64,000 nucleotides of DNA from Hydrurus foetidus (Eukaryota). Location: NCBI GenBank assembly GCA_900617105.1, contig UYFQ01000506.1:186001-250000 (forward strand). Reading direction: 5' to 3'. The translations under genes and the position numbers were made by a program. Below, one piece after another: positions 1 through 10,151 of the stretch (position 1 is its first letter; each line of letters begins with the position of its first letter). The notes under the pieces are model-generated. The model saw nothing but the letters and a program-made list of their open reading frames with translations, was not told the origin of the DNA and did no database searches.

Positions 1-726
1 CGTCAGCGCGGCGGCGAAGGCGATAAGCCAGAATGCGGGCTTGCGCTTCAACTCGGCGAACGCGGCCATGAAGGACTGCAGACCTTTGATCTGCATGGCG
101 AGCGCGGGGCGTAGGCGACGCGGCTCGCGCAGGGTGACAATGGCGAGGACCGCTACACCCAACCCGGGCAATCCGGCGGCCATGAAGGCCGCGCGCCAAC
201 CAAGGCTGTCGACGATGAGTCCGCCCATCGCCAAGCCCAAAAGCGATCCGAGGGGAATTCCAAGGGAATAGAAAGCCAGGGCCGAAGCCAGTTTGGCGCG
301 CGGTGTGAACTCGGAAATCAGCGAATGGGCCGCCGGTGTACAGCCAGCCTCGCCGATGCCGACCCCGATCCGCGCCAGAATGAGTTGCGGGAAAGAGCGA
401 GCCAAGCCGCAGACTGCGGTAAATGCGCTCCAGACCGCCAACGAGATGGCGATCAGCCGAACGCGGTCCCCGCGGTCGGCGAGGCGCGCCATCGGCAGTC
501 CCACCGCCGAATAGAAGAGAGCGAAGGCCAGGCCGCTGACCGCGCCGATCTGCCAGTCGGCGAGATGCAGTTCAGCCTTCATCGGTTCGGCCAGGATCGT
601 GACGATCTGCCGATCGAGCATGTTGAGCGCGTAGATCAGCATCAACAGCACCAGGGCGTAGCGCCGATAGCCTGAGGACCACGCCGGTTGCTCGGTCGGG
701 GATCCGATAGATGTCTCTTCAGCCAT
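1..726 (-). CDS. MFS transporter, spinster-like (runs off the window edge)
   Basis: Manual translation from ATG 726: MAEETS...YALVLLMLIYALNMLDRQIVTILAEPMKAELHLADWQIG...ARIGVGIGEAGCTPAAHSLISEF; MFS motifs; absent from the ORF track because it is open-ended. Confidence 0.9.
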   Translation of the reverse strand, partial: MAEETSIGSPTEQPAWSSGYRRYALVLLMLIYALNMLDRQIVTILAEPMKAELHLADWQIGAVSGLAFALFYSAVGLPMARLADRGDRVRLIAISLAVWSAFTAVCGLARSFPQLILARIGVGIGEAGCTPAAHSLISEFTPRAKLASALAFYSLGIPLGSLLGLAMGGLIVDSLGWRAAFMAAGLPGLGVAVLAIVTLREPRRLRPALAMQIKGLQSFMAAFAELKRKPAFWLIAFAAALT

Positions 727-809
727 GGACCTGCTCGTTGCTTTTCAGATTCCTACGCTATGGAGGGCGTCAGACCGTGGGGCCCTCGCTGCCGCTGAAG
801 GCGCTCAAT

Positions 810-823
810 ATCGCCTATGTGAT
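810..823. promoter_or_regulatory. Operator-like palindrome ATCGCCTATGTGAT, copy 1
   Basis: Between divergent MFS and BVMO starts; AATATCGCCTATGTGAT recurs exactly at 4792-4808. Confidence 0.75.
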
Positions 824-908
824 CTTGTTCCCTTGTACGAGCGCCGGGCTTGAGAACGGAATGCGCCGCGCCGACCAGTAGCCGCCTCGCTGGTGAGGGC
901 CGCCCGCA

Positions 909-2583
909 ATGACCAATACGATCGCCGATTCACGCCGGGCACAGGCGCGCCGCACCGACGCCATTGTCGTTGGCGCAGGCTTTGGCGGACTGTACGCGGT
1001 TCATCGACTTCGGAGCGAAGGCCTGTCGGTGATTGGCCTGGAGGCGGGCGGTGATGTCGGCGGAACCTGGTATTGGAACCGCTACCCTGGCGCCCGCTGC
1101 GACGTCACGAGCATCGACTATAGCTACGCCTTTTCCGAGGCGATCGAGCAGGCCTGGACCTGGAGCGAAACCTTCGCGGCCGGTTCCGAGATCCTGGCCT
1201 ACGCCAATTTCGTCGCCGATCACCTGGACCTCAGGCCCGCCTACCTTTTCGACACGCGGGTGGAAGCCATCACCTTCGACGATGAGCGGCGCGTCTGGAC
1301 CCTGACCACAGCATGGCGACCGTTTCGAATCCGATTACCTGGTGATGGCCACCGGCCCGCTGTCCCTGCCCAAGCCCGTCGATATTCCGGGCGCTGACCG
1401 GTTCGAAGGCGAGCTTTATCGGTCGGGCAAGTGGCCCCATCACGAGGTCGATTTCCGGGGCAAGCGGGTGGGCCTGGTGGGCACCGGATCCTCCGGCATC
1501 CAGATCGCGCCTGTGGTCGCCGAGACCTGTCAGTCGCTAACGGTCTTCCAGCGCACGCCGAGCTTCACGCTCCCGATGCGCAACGCGGCCATTTCGGAGG
1601 ACTACGCCGTGCAGTTGAAGGCGAACATGGCCGGCCTTCGCGCGGTGGCGCGCACGACCTTCACCGGGGGGGTCCGGCCGCTCTCGACCCGCCCGCTGTT
1701 CAGCGTGACCGTCGAGGAGCGCAATGAACTCATGGAGGAGGCCTGGGCCAAGGGCGCGTTGCAGTTTCTGGGCCTGTTCTCTGATCTTCTGACCAACGCC
1801 GCGGCCAGCAGATCGTCGCCGACTTCGTGCGCGACAAGATCGGCCAGACGGTCAAGGACCCGGTGACGGCCGAGAAGCTCAAGCCGCGCGGCTATCCGAT
1901 CTATGCACGCAGGCCCTGTCTCGACACCCAGTATTGAGACGTTCAACGCGCCGCGTCTCACTGGTGGACTGCTTCGAGGAACCGATCGTCGAATTCACCC
2001 CGGCGGGTCTGCGGACGACCCGGCGCGAGATTCGCTGGACGTGATCATCATGGCCACCGGCTACGACGCCCTGACCGGCCCGATGCTGGCCATCGACATC
2101 ACGGGCCGCGATGGGCTGAAGCTCAGCGAGGCCTGGCGCGACGGACCAAGATCTACCTGGCGCTTCTGATGCACGGCTTCCCGAACCTGTTCATCATTGG
2201 CGGCCCGAGTGGCCTCGATTCTGGCCAACTACATCCGGCTGGACGAAATGAACGTCGACTGGGTGGTGGACTGCATCCTGCACATGCGCCGCCAGGGCCT
2301 TGCGACCGTTGAGGCCACGGCCGACGCGCAAGCGCGTTGGGGCCAGACCGTGTGCGAGATCGCGGATCGCACCCTCTATGTGAAGGCGGACACCTGGTAC
2401 ACCGGGACGAATATCGAGGGGAAGCCGCGCGGCTTCTTCGTCTTCGCCGGCGGCCTGAACCGTTATGCCGAGGAGTCTGCGCCGGGGTCGCGGCGGCGGG
2501 CTACGAAGGCTGCCATTTTACGGCGCAGCCCGGCTGGGAAGGCGAGGAAGGCGGGCGCGGCTGGGGCCGCACCCGCCCGCTAA
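909..2583 (+). CDS. Baeyer-Villiger monooxygenase 1 (apparent frameshifts)
   Basis: GAGFGG Rossmann motif, [15 protein letters not shown], second motif GTGSSGIQ, FQRTP, ATGYDA, TWYTGTNIEGKPR across ORFs 909, 1342, 1903, 2197. Confidence 0.93.
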
Positions 2584-3106
2584 CCGTTTCGACCCAGGAA
2601 CGCGTAGAGGTCGTTGGGGAAACGGCCGCCCACAGGGTGCGGGCCGCGAACCGGTCAGGATGTGCGCCAGGTGTCGGTGCGGACTTCTCGATCCAGTCAA
2701 AGACGACCTGACGCGCGGCGATGCGCCAGTCGCCGTCGCGCTTTTCGAACCGGTCCAGGTAGCGGCCGCACATGTGCAGGACGACCAGCGACCCGTCGTC
2801 ATCAGGTTGCCGGTGCAGGGCTGTGAACACGGACTCTACCGCGGCGGCCGACCCATTTTCGAAGGTGATCATGACATTGTGCACCTGATGCACTGCACGC
2901 TCGATGTGAGGCAGGACCGTCAGCGCCCAGTCGACGAACTCCGACGCCGTGCCTTTGAAGGCGCCGTGCTGGTCAGGGCCTTCCGGCCAGGCCACGGAGC
3001 GCAGGGCCACCTCGTCCATGCGATCGATGCCCCGGCAATAGCGGTAGAGGCACTGGCGGATCTGCTCGCTGTCCCAGAGTTGCTGGAGATTGGGTTGGTC
3101 TGCCAT
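2580..3106 (-). CDS. SnoaL/NTF2-like family protein
   Basis: IRQCLYRYCRGIDRMD...HQVHN...GRYLDRFEKRDGDWRIAARQVVFDW; likely true stop at 2580 after one frameshift. Confidence 0.85.
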
Positions 3107-3133
3107 CTGGAGGTCTCGTGAAATGAACTGGGG

Positions 3134-4697
3134 TTACAGGATGTCGCTGGCGTCGCCGGCGTCGCCGAAACGGTCCAGCCACCATCAACGCTGAGCGTGG
3201 CGCGTGACGTAGCTGGCGGCGGACGAGGCCAGGAACGCGATGGTTCGGGCGACCTCCATGGGGTCTCCGAGGCGCCCGATGGGCGCGCGACGCTTGATGG
3301 AGTCGAACTGCGCTCGCCCTGCGGACTTGAGGGCCAGAACGGCGGGGGTCTCGATATAGCCGGGTGCGACCGTGTTCACACGGATGCCGGCGGAGGCCCA
3401 TTCGCACGCCAGGCTGCGGGTCATCATCGTCACGGCCGCCTTGGCCGCGCAGTAGGCATTGCGCCGGGGCAGGGCGCCCAGGCCCGCGATCGAGCCGAGA
3501 TTGACGATAACGCCACCCTGGCTCATCGCGCGCGCCGCCGCCTTGGCCGTCGCCAGCGGCCCGCTGAAATTGACGTCGTAGACGCTGGTGAAGTCCTCGA
3601 CGGTCTGATCCAGGGTGGGCTTGAACACGTCGGCGGCGCCGGCGTTGTTGACCAGGACGTCCAGGCCTCCCCAGCGGGCCGTGGCCTGGGCGAAGGCCAC
3701 CTCGACCGCAGGGATGTCGGTGATGTCGGCCTGGACGACGAGATGCCCCTCGCCCAGCGCTTCGGCCAGCGCCTTGGCGCTCTCCGGGTCGCGCTCGATC
3801 ACCAGAAGCCGATCGCCCGCATCGCGAAACAGGTCCACGACGCAGCGGCCGATCCCTCGTCCGCCGCCGGTGATCGCGCTGACGCGGGGGGACGGCGCCG
3901 GAACGCTGGGCGCGGGCGCTGTCGAAGCCGGGCCGGCGCCGCCATAGACGGTGTAGGCGCCGTCCACGACCAGTGTCGCGCCGACGATGTAGCTGGCCGC
4001 CTCGCTGGCTAGAAAGAAGACACCCTCGGCCATCTCCTCGGGCTCGCCCATGCGCCCCAGAGGAATGCGGGCGAGCACTGTTGACGGGTTCAGAAGGCCG
4101 GCGTCGATCTGGTCCTGCACCATCTGGGTGCGGGTGTAGCCGGGCAGCACCGCGTTGACGCGGACACCCTGAGCCGCCCATTCGCAGGCCAGGGTGCGGG
4201 TCAGCGAGATCACGGCCGCCTTGCTGGCGCTGTAGCTGGTGCGCTTGGCCAGGGCGACAAGTCCCGCGCCGGAGGCCAGGTTGATGATCGCGCCATGGCC
4301 TTGGGCGGTCATCAGGCGTCCCGCCTCCCGCGCGGCGCAGAAAGGCACCCGTGACATTGATCGATTGCAGCCATGCGACCTCTTCGGCCGTCTGGTCCAG
4401 GGTCGCGGTAGGCTGGGGGTCGGTCACGCCGGCGTTGTTGACCAGAACGTCGAGCCGCCCGAATTCGCGACGCACCCATTCGAAGCCCTCGCGAATCTGG
4501 GCTTCAGAGGAGACGTCCATCGCGATGGCGTGGTGGTCCGCGCCCAGGCTCGCGGCGCGCTCCAGGGCGCGTTCGAGGTTGCGGTCGGCGATCAACACCC
4601 GGTCGCCGGCCTGAGCAAAGCGCCGGCACGCCGCCCAGCCGATCCCGTCGGCCCCGCCGGTGACCAGGACCACTCGCGACGGCGTCTTGGAGGTCAT
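3134..4697 (-). CDS. Tandem two-domain SDR oxidoreductase
   Basis: Two TGxxxGIG, NNAG and YxxxK sets (YSASK, YCAAK); one frameshift near 4350. Confidence 0.9.
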
Positions 4698-4794
4698 GCT
4701 GTGCTCTGTGTGATGCGGGGGCGCCGCTGCGGATCTGCCGAACCCTAACAGCGCCCTCCGGCGCGCCATGCCGGCGCCCGCGCGCCTGTCGAAT

Positions 4795-4808
4795 ATCGCC
4801 TATGTGAT
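4795..4808. promoter_or_regulatory. Operator-like palindrome ATCGCCTATGTGAT, copy 2
   Basis: Between divergent SDR and crotonase starts; identical to copy 1. Confidence 0.75.
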
Positions 4809-4905
4809 GTGATGCGCGCTGTCCGACCGAACTAAGATCCAGAGTCGATAGGGGCTACCAAGTCCAGGAGACGGTCCGTGACCGACGACTGGCAAGGAGC
4901 AAAGA

Positions 4906-5654
4906 ATGTCGTGCTTGAAGATTGAGGTCGAAGACTTCGTGGCCACGGTGACGCTGGCCAATCCGCCGGTCAATTCGGCGAGTGTCGACATGATGCTGGA
5001 GCTTACGGCGGCGTTCGACGCGTTCAACGAGAGCGCCGATGTTCGCGCGGTTCTGCTGACGGGCGAGGGCAAGACCTTCTGCGCGGGCGCCGACCTGAAG
5101 AACCGCCCCGGTCCCGACGCCCCGGCCGGCACCGCGTTCGTCCGCCAGCGCATGGCGCGCGAAATGAGCTGGTCGATGGTTGAGTGCAGCAAGCCCGTTG
5201 TGGTGGCGGTCAATGGGGCGGCGCTGGGCGCGGGCCTGGGCATTGTGGCCAGCTGCGACATCATTGTGGCCTCTGAGCGGGCGGTTTTCGGTCTTCCCGA
5301 GATCGACGTGGGTCTGGCCGGGGGCGCCAAGCACGCGCTGCGTTTCATTCCCCATTCTCTCGCGCGCCGCATGGTGCTGACGGGCTGGCGCGTGCCGGCC
5401 GAAGAGATGTATCGCCGGGGCCTGATCGAGGCGGCGCTGCCGCATGAGGAGTACCTGGAGTACGCCCCGCGATCGCCAGGAAATCGCCAGCAGAGCCCCA
5501 TGGCCGTCGCCGTTGGACAGTCTCACGTCTGAGCCTTCGTGACGGCTATCGCTATGAGCAGGGCAACACGCTGAAGCTGTCGAAGAGCGAGGACGCCAAG
5601 GAGGCGGTCAAGGCCTTCATCGAAAAGCGTCCCCCGGTGTTCCAGGGCCGCTAG
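4906..5654 (+). CDS. Enoyl-CoA hydratase/isomerase family protein
   Basis: FCAGADL, KPVVVAVNGAALGAG, FGLPEIDVG; C-terminus EAVKAFIEKRPPVFQGR* after a frameshift. Confidence 0.92.
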
Positions 5655-5707
5655 CGGAGATCGGCGCCCGGTCGAGACCGGGCGCCGGCGCACAAGTCAT
5701 TTGCGTG

Positions 5708-5750
5708 AACAAGAAGGCAGCGTCACATGGTGACGCTGCCTTCTTGTTTT
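5708..5750. terminator. Bidirectional intrinsic terminator
   Basis: Perfect 19-bp inverted repeat AACAAGAAGGCAGCGTCAC-ATG-GTGACGCTGCCTTCTTGTT between convergent genes. Confidence 0.85.
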
Positions 5751-5768
5751 CAGGACTGTTAGGCCGCC

Positions 5769-7219
5769 TCAGGCGTTGGCGATGATCCGGCGCAGCAACG
5801 GAGCGGTGACGCCTGCCGTGTTGCGCACCCTGGCCCAGCGCTCGAGGCTGGCGAGCGGATCGCAGGCCCGGGTCCGCGCCATGTAGAGCGGGCCGCCGCG
5901 CCATTTGGGAAAGCCCAGTTGCCGGGTCCAGATGGCGTCGACCAGGTTGGGCGAAAGATCGGGATGCGCTTCGAGCGCATGGGCTGTCCCGTTGATCGCT
6001 GCGGTCAGGCACCGATCGATCACGACCTCGTCGCTGATCGGCGCGCGAAGGCGCAACGCTTTCAGGAGCCGCTCGACCTCTGGCTCAAAGGTGTAGCGGC
6101 CGTCGCTGCCATGGCGATACCAGCCCGGCGCGTCGGACCCACCGACACGGCCTTCGTCGATCATGAGATCGAGGGTCGGTGAATAGGTGATCCAGTCCTC
6201 GCCATTGGTCTGGCCGGTCTGACGCCGGAACACGGTTTCCAGTCCCTCGCGGTCCGAACGCAGGAAGGGAGCGACGCGGAAGCCGAACTTCTGAAGCTCT
6301 CGGTCGATCTGGCCGGGCGTGCGCCTCGTCCAGCAGATGGATGGCCGCACCAAGAGAGGCTGAAGAGTTCGTGCGCGAGTTCGGCGGGCGCGGCGCGCCA
6401 GCGGACTGGCCATGTTCGGCATAAGGTCAGGGCCTGGGCCTCGGGAGCCCGCAGTCTCGTCCAGGCGATCGATCTCGACGCGCGCGCGGCGGGAGGGCGT
6501 CTGCCAGGCCAGTTCCAGCGCGCGCAGCAACGTTATCGGCGCCGTCTGCTGGGGACCTCCTGCACGGCGCGGCAGGCCGTATATATCCTGGCGGTGATCA
6601 CCTCCGGCTCGGCGGTGAGCGCGATCCTGCTTTCGCTCCCGAAGCTGAAGGCGAGCTTCTCGGCGACCTGGACGAGATCGCGGGCGGCGACAAGATCGAT
6701 CAGGCCATGCTCGATCGCCGCCTTGCTGTCCCAGACCGCATTGAAGACGGCCAGATCGGCGGCGCGCTCGACCTGGATCAATCGCGCCAGACGGATCAGG
6801 GTCTCGGCTGCGGGAAGGTGGCCTTCGCTGCGCGCCAGATTCGAGAAGGTGGCGTTAGGCAAGGCGACCCGCGCGGCGCAGGCCAGGGCGAGTTCCAGGC
6901 CCGAGCCCGTGACAGGACCCGAGAGGGCGGCGATGATCGGCTTGGTCGAGCCTACGACCGCCGCGATAGATTGCCGCGCGGGCGTCGTCGGGCGCGGTTT
7001 GGGCGGCGAGCACGTCGTTGAACAGGCGGCGGCCGTGGAGAACGGCGCACCTCGGGTCCGCGCCAAACGCGGTGATTTTTCGATGAAGGCGGCATGCGCG
7101 GCGTCCCAACTGCAGGGCGGCGTATAACATTGCCAGCTGCCGCGCCAGGCTAATCCAGAGCGCATGGCTTGGCCATTCGGCGCCGCCTGAGTCGGCCGGC
7201 GGGTCGTTCCCGTTCCCAT
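5769..7219 (-). CDS. Degenerate FadB/FadJ-like protein: crotonase-like domain plus 3-hydroxyacyl-CoA dehydrogenase C-terminal domains
   Basis: KPIIAALSGPVTGSGLELALAC; IDRELQKFGF, EGRVG...GWYRH, LGFPKWRGGPLY; no GxGxMG NAD-binding motif seen. Confidence 0.7.
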
Positions 7220-7358
7220 ATTTCCTCCAACCGGTTGCGTGTCGCAGTCCGCTTTGAGCGGTTCTTTCCGGTCCGACGCACGCCAAAGCGTTCGCCATGG
7301 GCGACAACAGCATGCCCTGCGGGAAGGTTAAAGCCGCGCGTCGATCGCTCCATCCAGT

Positions 7359-7372
7359 ATCGCGTATGTGAA
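7359..7372. promoter_or_regulatory. Operator-like palindrome ATCGCGTATGTGAA, copy 3
   Basis: Between divergent FadB-like gene and CoA ligase. Confidence 0.65.
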
Positions 7373-7449
7373 AAGACGCCTGTGGATCGAACCGCGTCCA
7401 GGCGACGCGCCATCCGTCCCTAAGGTCCGCCGCAAAGACCATCGGACAC

Positions 7450-9033
7450 ATGTCGGCCTGCCTGATGCAGGATACGCCTCTGACGCTGTCCTCGCTCCTT
7501 GATCACGCAGCGCGTTTTGCATGGCGAGGTCGAGATCGTCTCGAAGGAGCCTGAGTACGTCACCCGAAGCAATTACGCACGCCTTTGCGGTCGGGCGCGC
7601 GCCAGCCCAGCTTCCCGTGCCGAGGGCTGAGCGAAGGCGATCGTGTCCAGCCTGGCGCTCAACAGCGCTCCATCTTGAGCTCTACTACGGCGTGACGGGC
7701 GCGGGCGGGATACTGAACACCGTCAACTCGGCTCTCCCCGAGCAGACGTTTCATCCCGCACGCCGAAAACAGGATCGCGTTCTTCGACCCGGCCTTCGGG
7801 GCTGCTCGAAACCCTGGTCGACCAGGCGCCGCAGGTCGAAGTCTATGTCGCCTGGCGCGCACGACCTGCCGCCTGCGTCTGCCCAATCTGATCGCCTACG
7901 GGACCTCGGGCGAGCCGACGCGCCCCACGTTCCCGAGAACGCCGGCGCAATCCTCTGCTACACCTCGGGAACGACGGGCGATCCGAAGGGCGTGCTCTTC
8001 ATGCCACCGTTCGCTGGTTCTGCACGCTGGCGACCGGCGCGGACGGCATGGCGATCTCCGCCGCGACACAGCATCCCAGTGACGCTGCTATTCCACGTCG
8101 TCGCCTGGGAATTCCATTCAGCGCGGCCATGCGGCGCCCGCTGGTAGCGTTGCCGGCATGCGGTCGACGGCGAAAGTTCAACTTGATGCGGGCGGTGAAC
8201 GCTGTGCCAGCCTGGGGGTGCCGACCGTCTGGCTGGGCTTCCTGGACTGTGGCCTCCCATCGCGGGGATCTGGACCTGGCGGGCCTGGCGCTGGAGCGGA
8301 TCCTGGTCGGCGGTTCGGCCGCGCCGCGCAGCCTGATCGAGCGCTTTGACTACATGCTGGGCGTCTATGTCATTCACGCCTGGGGCATGACCGAGACCAG
8401 CCCGCTGGCGACCATCGGGACGCCGCTACCTGAGCACGCCTTCCTCGATCGTCAGGCGCGCTATGACGTTCAGGCCCTTCAGGGCCGCGCCATCTATGGC
8501 GTGGAGCTCCGGATCGTCGACGCCGACGGCGTGATCGCACCGCATGACGGCCTGATCGTGGGCGACCTGCAGGTTCGTGGTCCCTGGGTTGTGCGAAGCT
8601 ACTTCAAGGCCGAAGCGCCGGCCGTCACCGAGGACGGCTGGTTCGCCACGGGCGATGTGGCCAAGATCCACCCCAATGGCTACCTGCAACTGACCGACCG
8701 TTCGAAGGATGTCATCAAGTCGGGGGGCGAGTGGATCTCGTCGGTCGATCTGGAGAATGTCGCCATCGCCCATGTCGCGAAGCGGCGGTCATCGGCGTGC
8801 CGCATCCCAAGTGGCAGGAGCGTCCGTTGCTGATCGTGGTGCCGGCTCCGGAGACCATCCCCGGACAAGGACGACATCCTGAGGGTTCCTCGCCTCGCGT
8901 GGCGCGCGCTGGCAGGTGCCCGATGACGTGGTGATCGTCGACTCCCTGCCGCACCGCGACGGGCAAGCTCCTGAAGTCCAAGCTGCGCGAGACCTATCGT
9001 CACCACCTCGACCCGTCCGCCGTGGTCGTCTAG
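7450..9033 (+). CDS. Fatty-acid/acyl-CoA ligase, AlkK/DmdB-like (many frameshifts)
   Basis: LMQDTPLTLSSLLDHAARF, CYTSGTTGDPKGV, HAWGMTETSP, GWFATGDVA, DRSKDVIKSGGEWISSVDLEN. Confidence 0.9.
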
Positions 9034-9040
9034 AGCGCGC

Positions 9041-9814
9041 TCAGGTCTCGGGCGCTGAATACTGCCTGAGGCTTTCGGCGTATTCGGCCACGCCAGCGTT
9101 CATGATCGCCACGATCTCGCTCTTGTTTCGGGCGATGCGGCTGTTGAGGCCGCCGACGCCCAGGGTCAGCTGAACACCATGCGGCGCTGCGGGCAAAGGC
9201 ATGGCGATCGCCGCCGCATTGGGAAAGGGGAATGCGGCCAACAGGCTGTACCCTTCGCGACGCACCCAGGCCAATTGCTCCTGTAGCTGGCCGATGTCGA
9301 TCCGATCGCCCGTTCCGCCGAGATAGGCGTTGATATGCCGGCTCAGCTTGTCGACGGCCTTGCCGGGCATCCGGCTCAACAGGACCAGGCCCGCCGCGGA
9401 GTGCGGAAGCACCCTCATGCTGCCCTCCGTCATCGCGATCTTGTGCGGATGACTGGGCTGCACGATCCGCAAATGCTGGATGAAGATGTCGTTTTGCGAC
9501 GAGATCACCACCGTCTCGTTGGTCTGCTCGAAGATGCTCCCGACCAGGCGATCAAGATCCCCGGAACCGAAGAGGTGATGGTTGACCCAGTCGCCCAGGG
9601 CCGCCACGCGCGGGGTAGGAAAATAGGTGCGGGAGGCGCGGTCGTAGTTCAGATAGCCCAGAACCACCATGCTCTTGAGCAGGGTGGTTGTGCTCGACTG
9701 CGGATAGCCCAGCTTCTCGAATATGTAGGTTAGCCGCAGCGGTGAACGCTGCTCCTGGAACAGCTCGAGAATCTCCAAGGTGCGCGCGGCGGATTTGATC
9801 GGTTCTCGGCGCAT
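9041..9814 (-). CDS. IclR family transcriptional regulator
   Basis: IKSAARTLEILELF...LGYPQSSTTTLLKSMVVLGYL HTH; TNETV, SAAGLVLL, VRREGYS effector domain; intact frame. Confidence 0.92.
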   Translation of the reverse strand: MRREPIKSAARTLEILELFQEQRSPLRLTYIFEKLGYPQSSTTTLLKSMVVLGYLNYDRASRTYFPTPRVAALGDWVNHHLFGSGDLDRLVGSIFEQTNETVVISSQNDIFIQHLRIVQPSHPHKIAMTEGSMRVLPHSAAGLVLLSRMPGKAVDKLSRHINAYLGGTGDRIDIGQLQEQLAWVRREGYSLLAAFPFPNAAAIAMPLPAAPHGVQLTLGVGGLNSRIARNKSEIVAIMNAGVAEYAESLRQYSAPET

Positions 9815-9888
9815 TGAACGGTTCCGTATGATGGGCCTACTCTGACACCACTCGCCTTTAGATCGCCGCCTTCCCGCCGTCCTTCCAG

Positions 9889-9902
9889 CACATATACGTG
9901 AT
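9889..9902. promoter_or_regulatory. Operator-like site, copy 4 (reverse complement ATCACGTATATGTG)
   Basis: 75 bp upstream of the IclR start; one half-site perfect, the other imperfect. Confidence 0.5.
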
Positions 9903-10011
9903 ATCTCTCGCCACCAACTGGCAAGTCGTAATCTGAGCGCCATCTACCCGGGATCTGAAGCTGCGAGCCTCGCAGGAAGCCTTTGCTCATCACCGCCGGG
10001 CCGAACTCAAC

Positions 10012-10025
10012 ATCTCGTTTGCGAT
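10012..10025. promoter_or_regulatory. Operator-like site ATCTCGTTTGCGAT, copy 5
   Basis: Reverse complement with flanks GAATATCGCAAACGAGATGT parallels GAATATCGCCTATGTGATGT at 4791; upstream of the TonB receptor. Confidence 0.55.
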
Positions 10026-10151
10026 ATTCGAAAGCCACGGGTCCCCAGGCTGGTCGGATCGGGTTGGTCACGGCTCTAAGGCGACGCCTCTGCCGCGTCA
10101 TAACAATCACAGATGAGCCCGCGCCGCGCGGAAGCTTATTGGGGGAAACAA

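Noticed and set aside
2973..4769. 598-aa ORF that appears to fuse an SDR to a long Arg/Gly-rich tail
   Set aside because: Produced by one frameshift near 4350 in the double SDR
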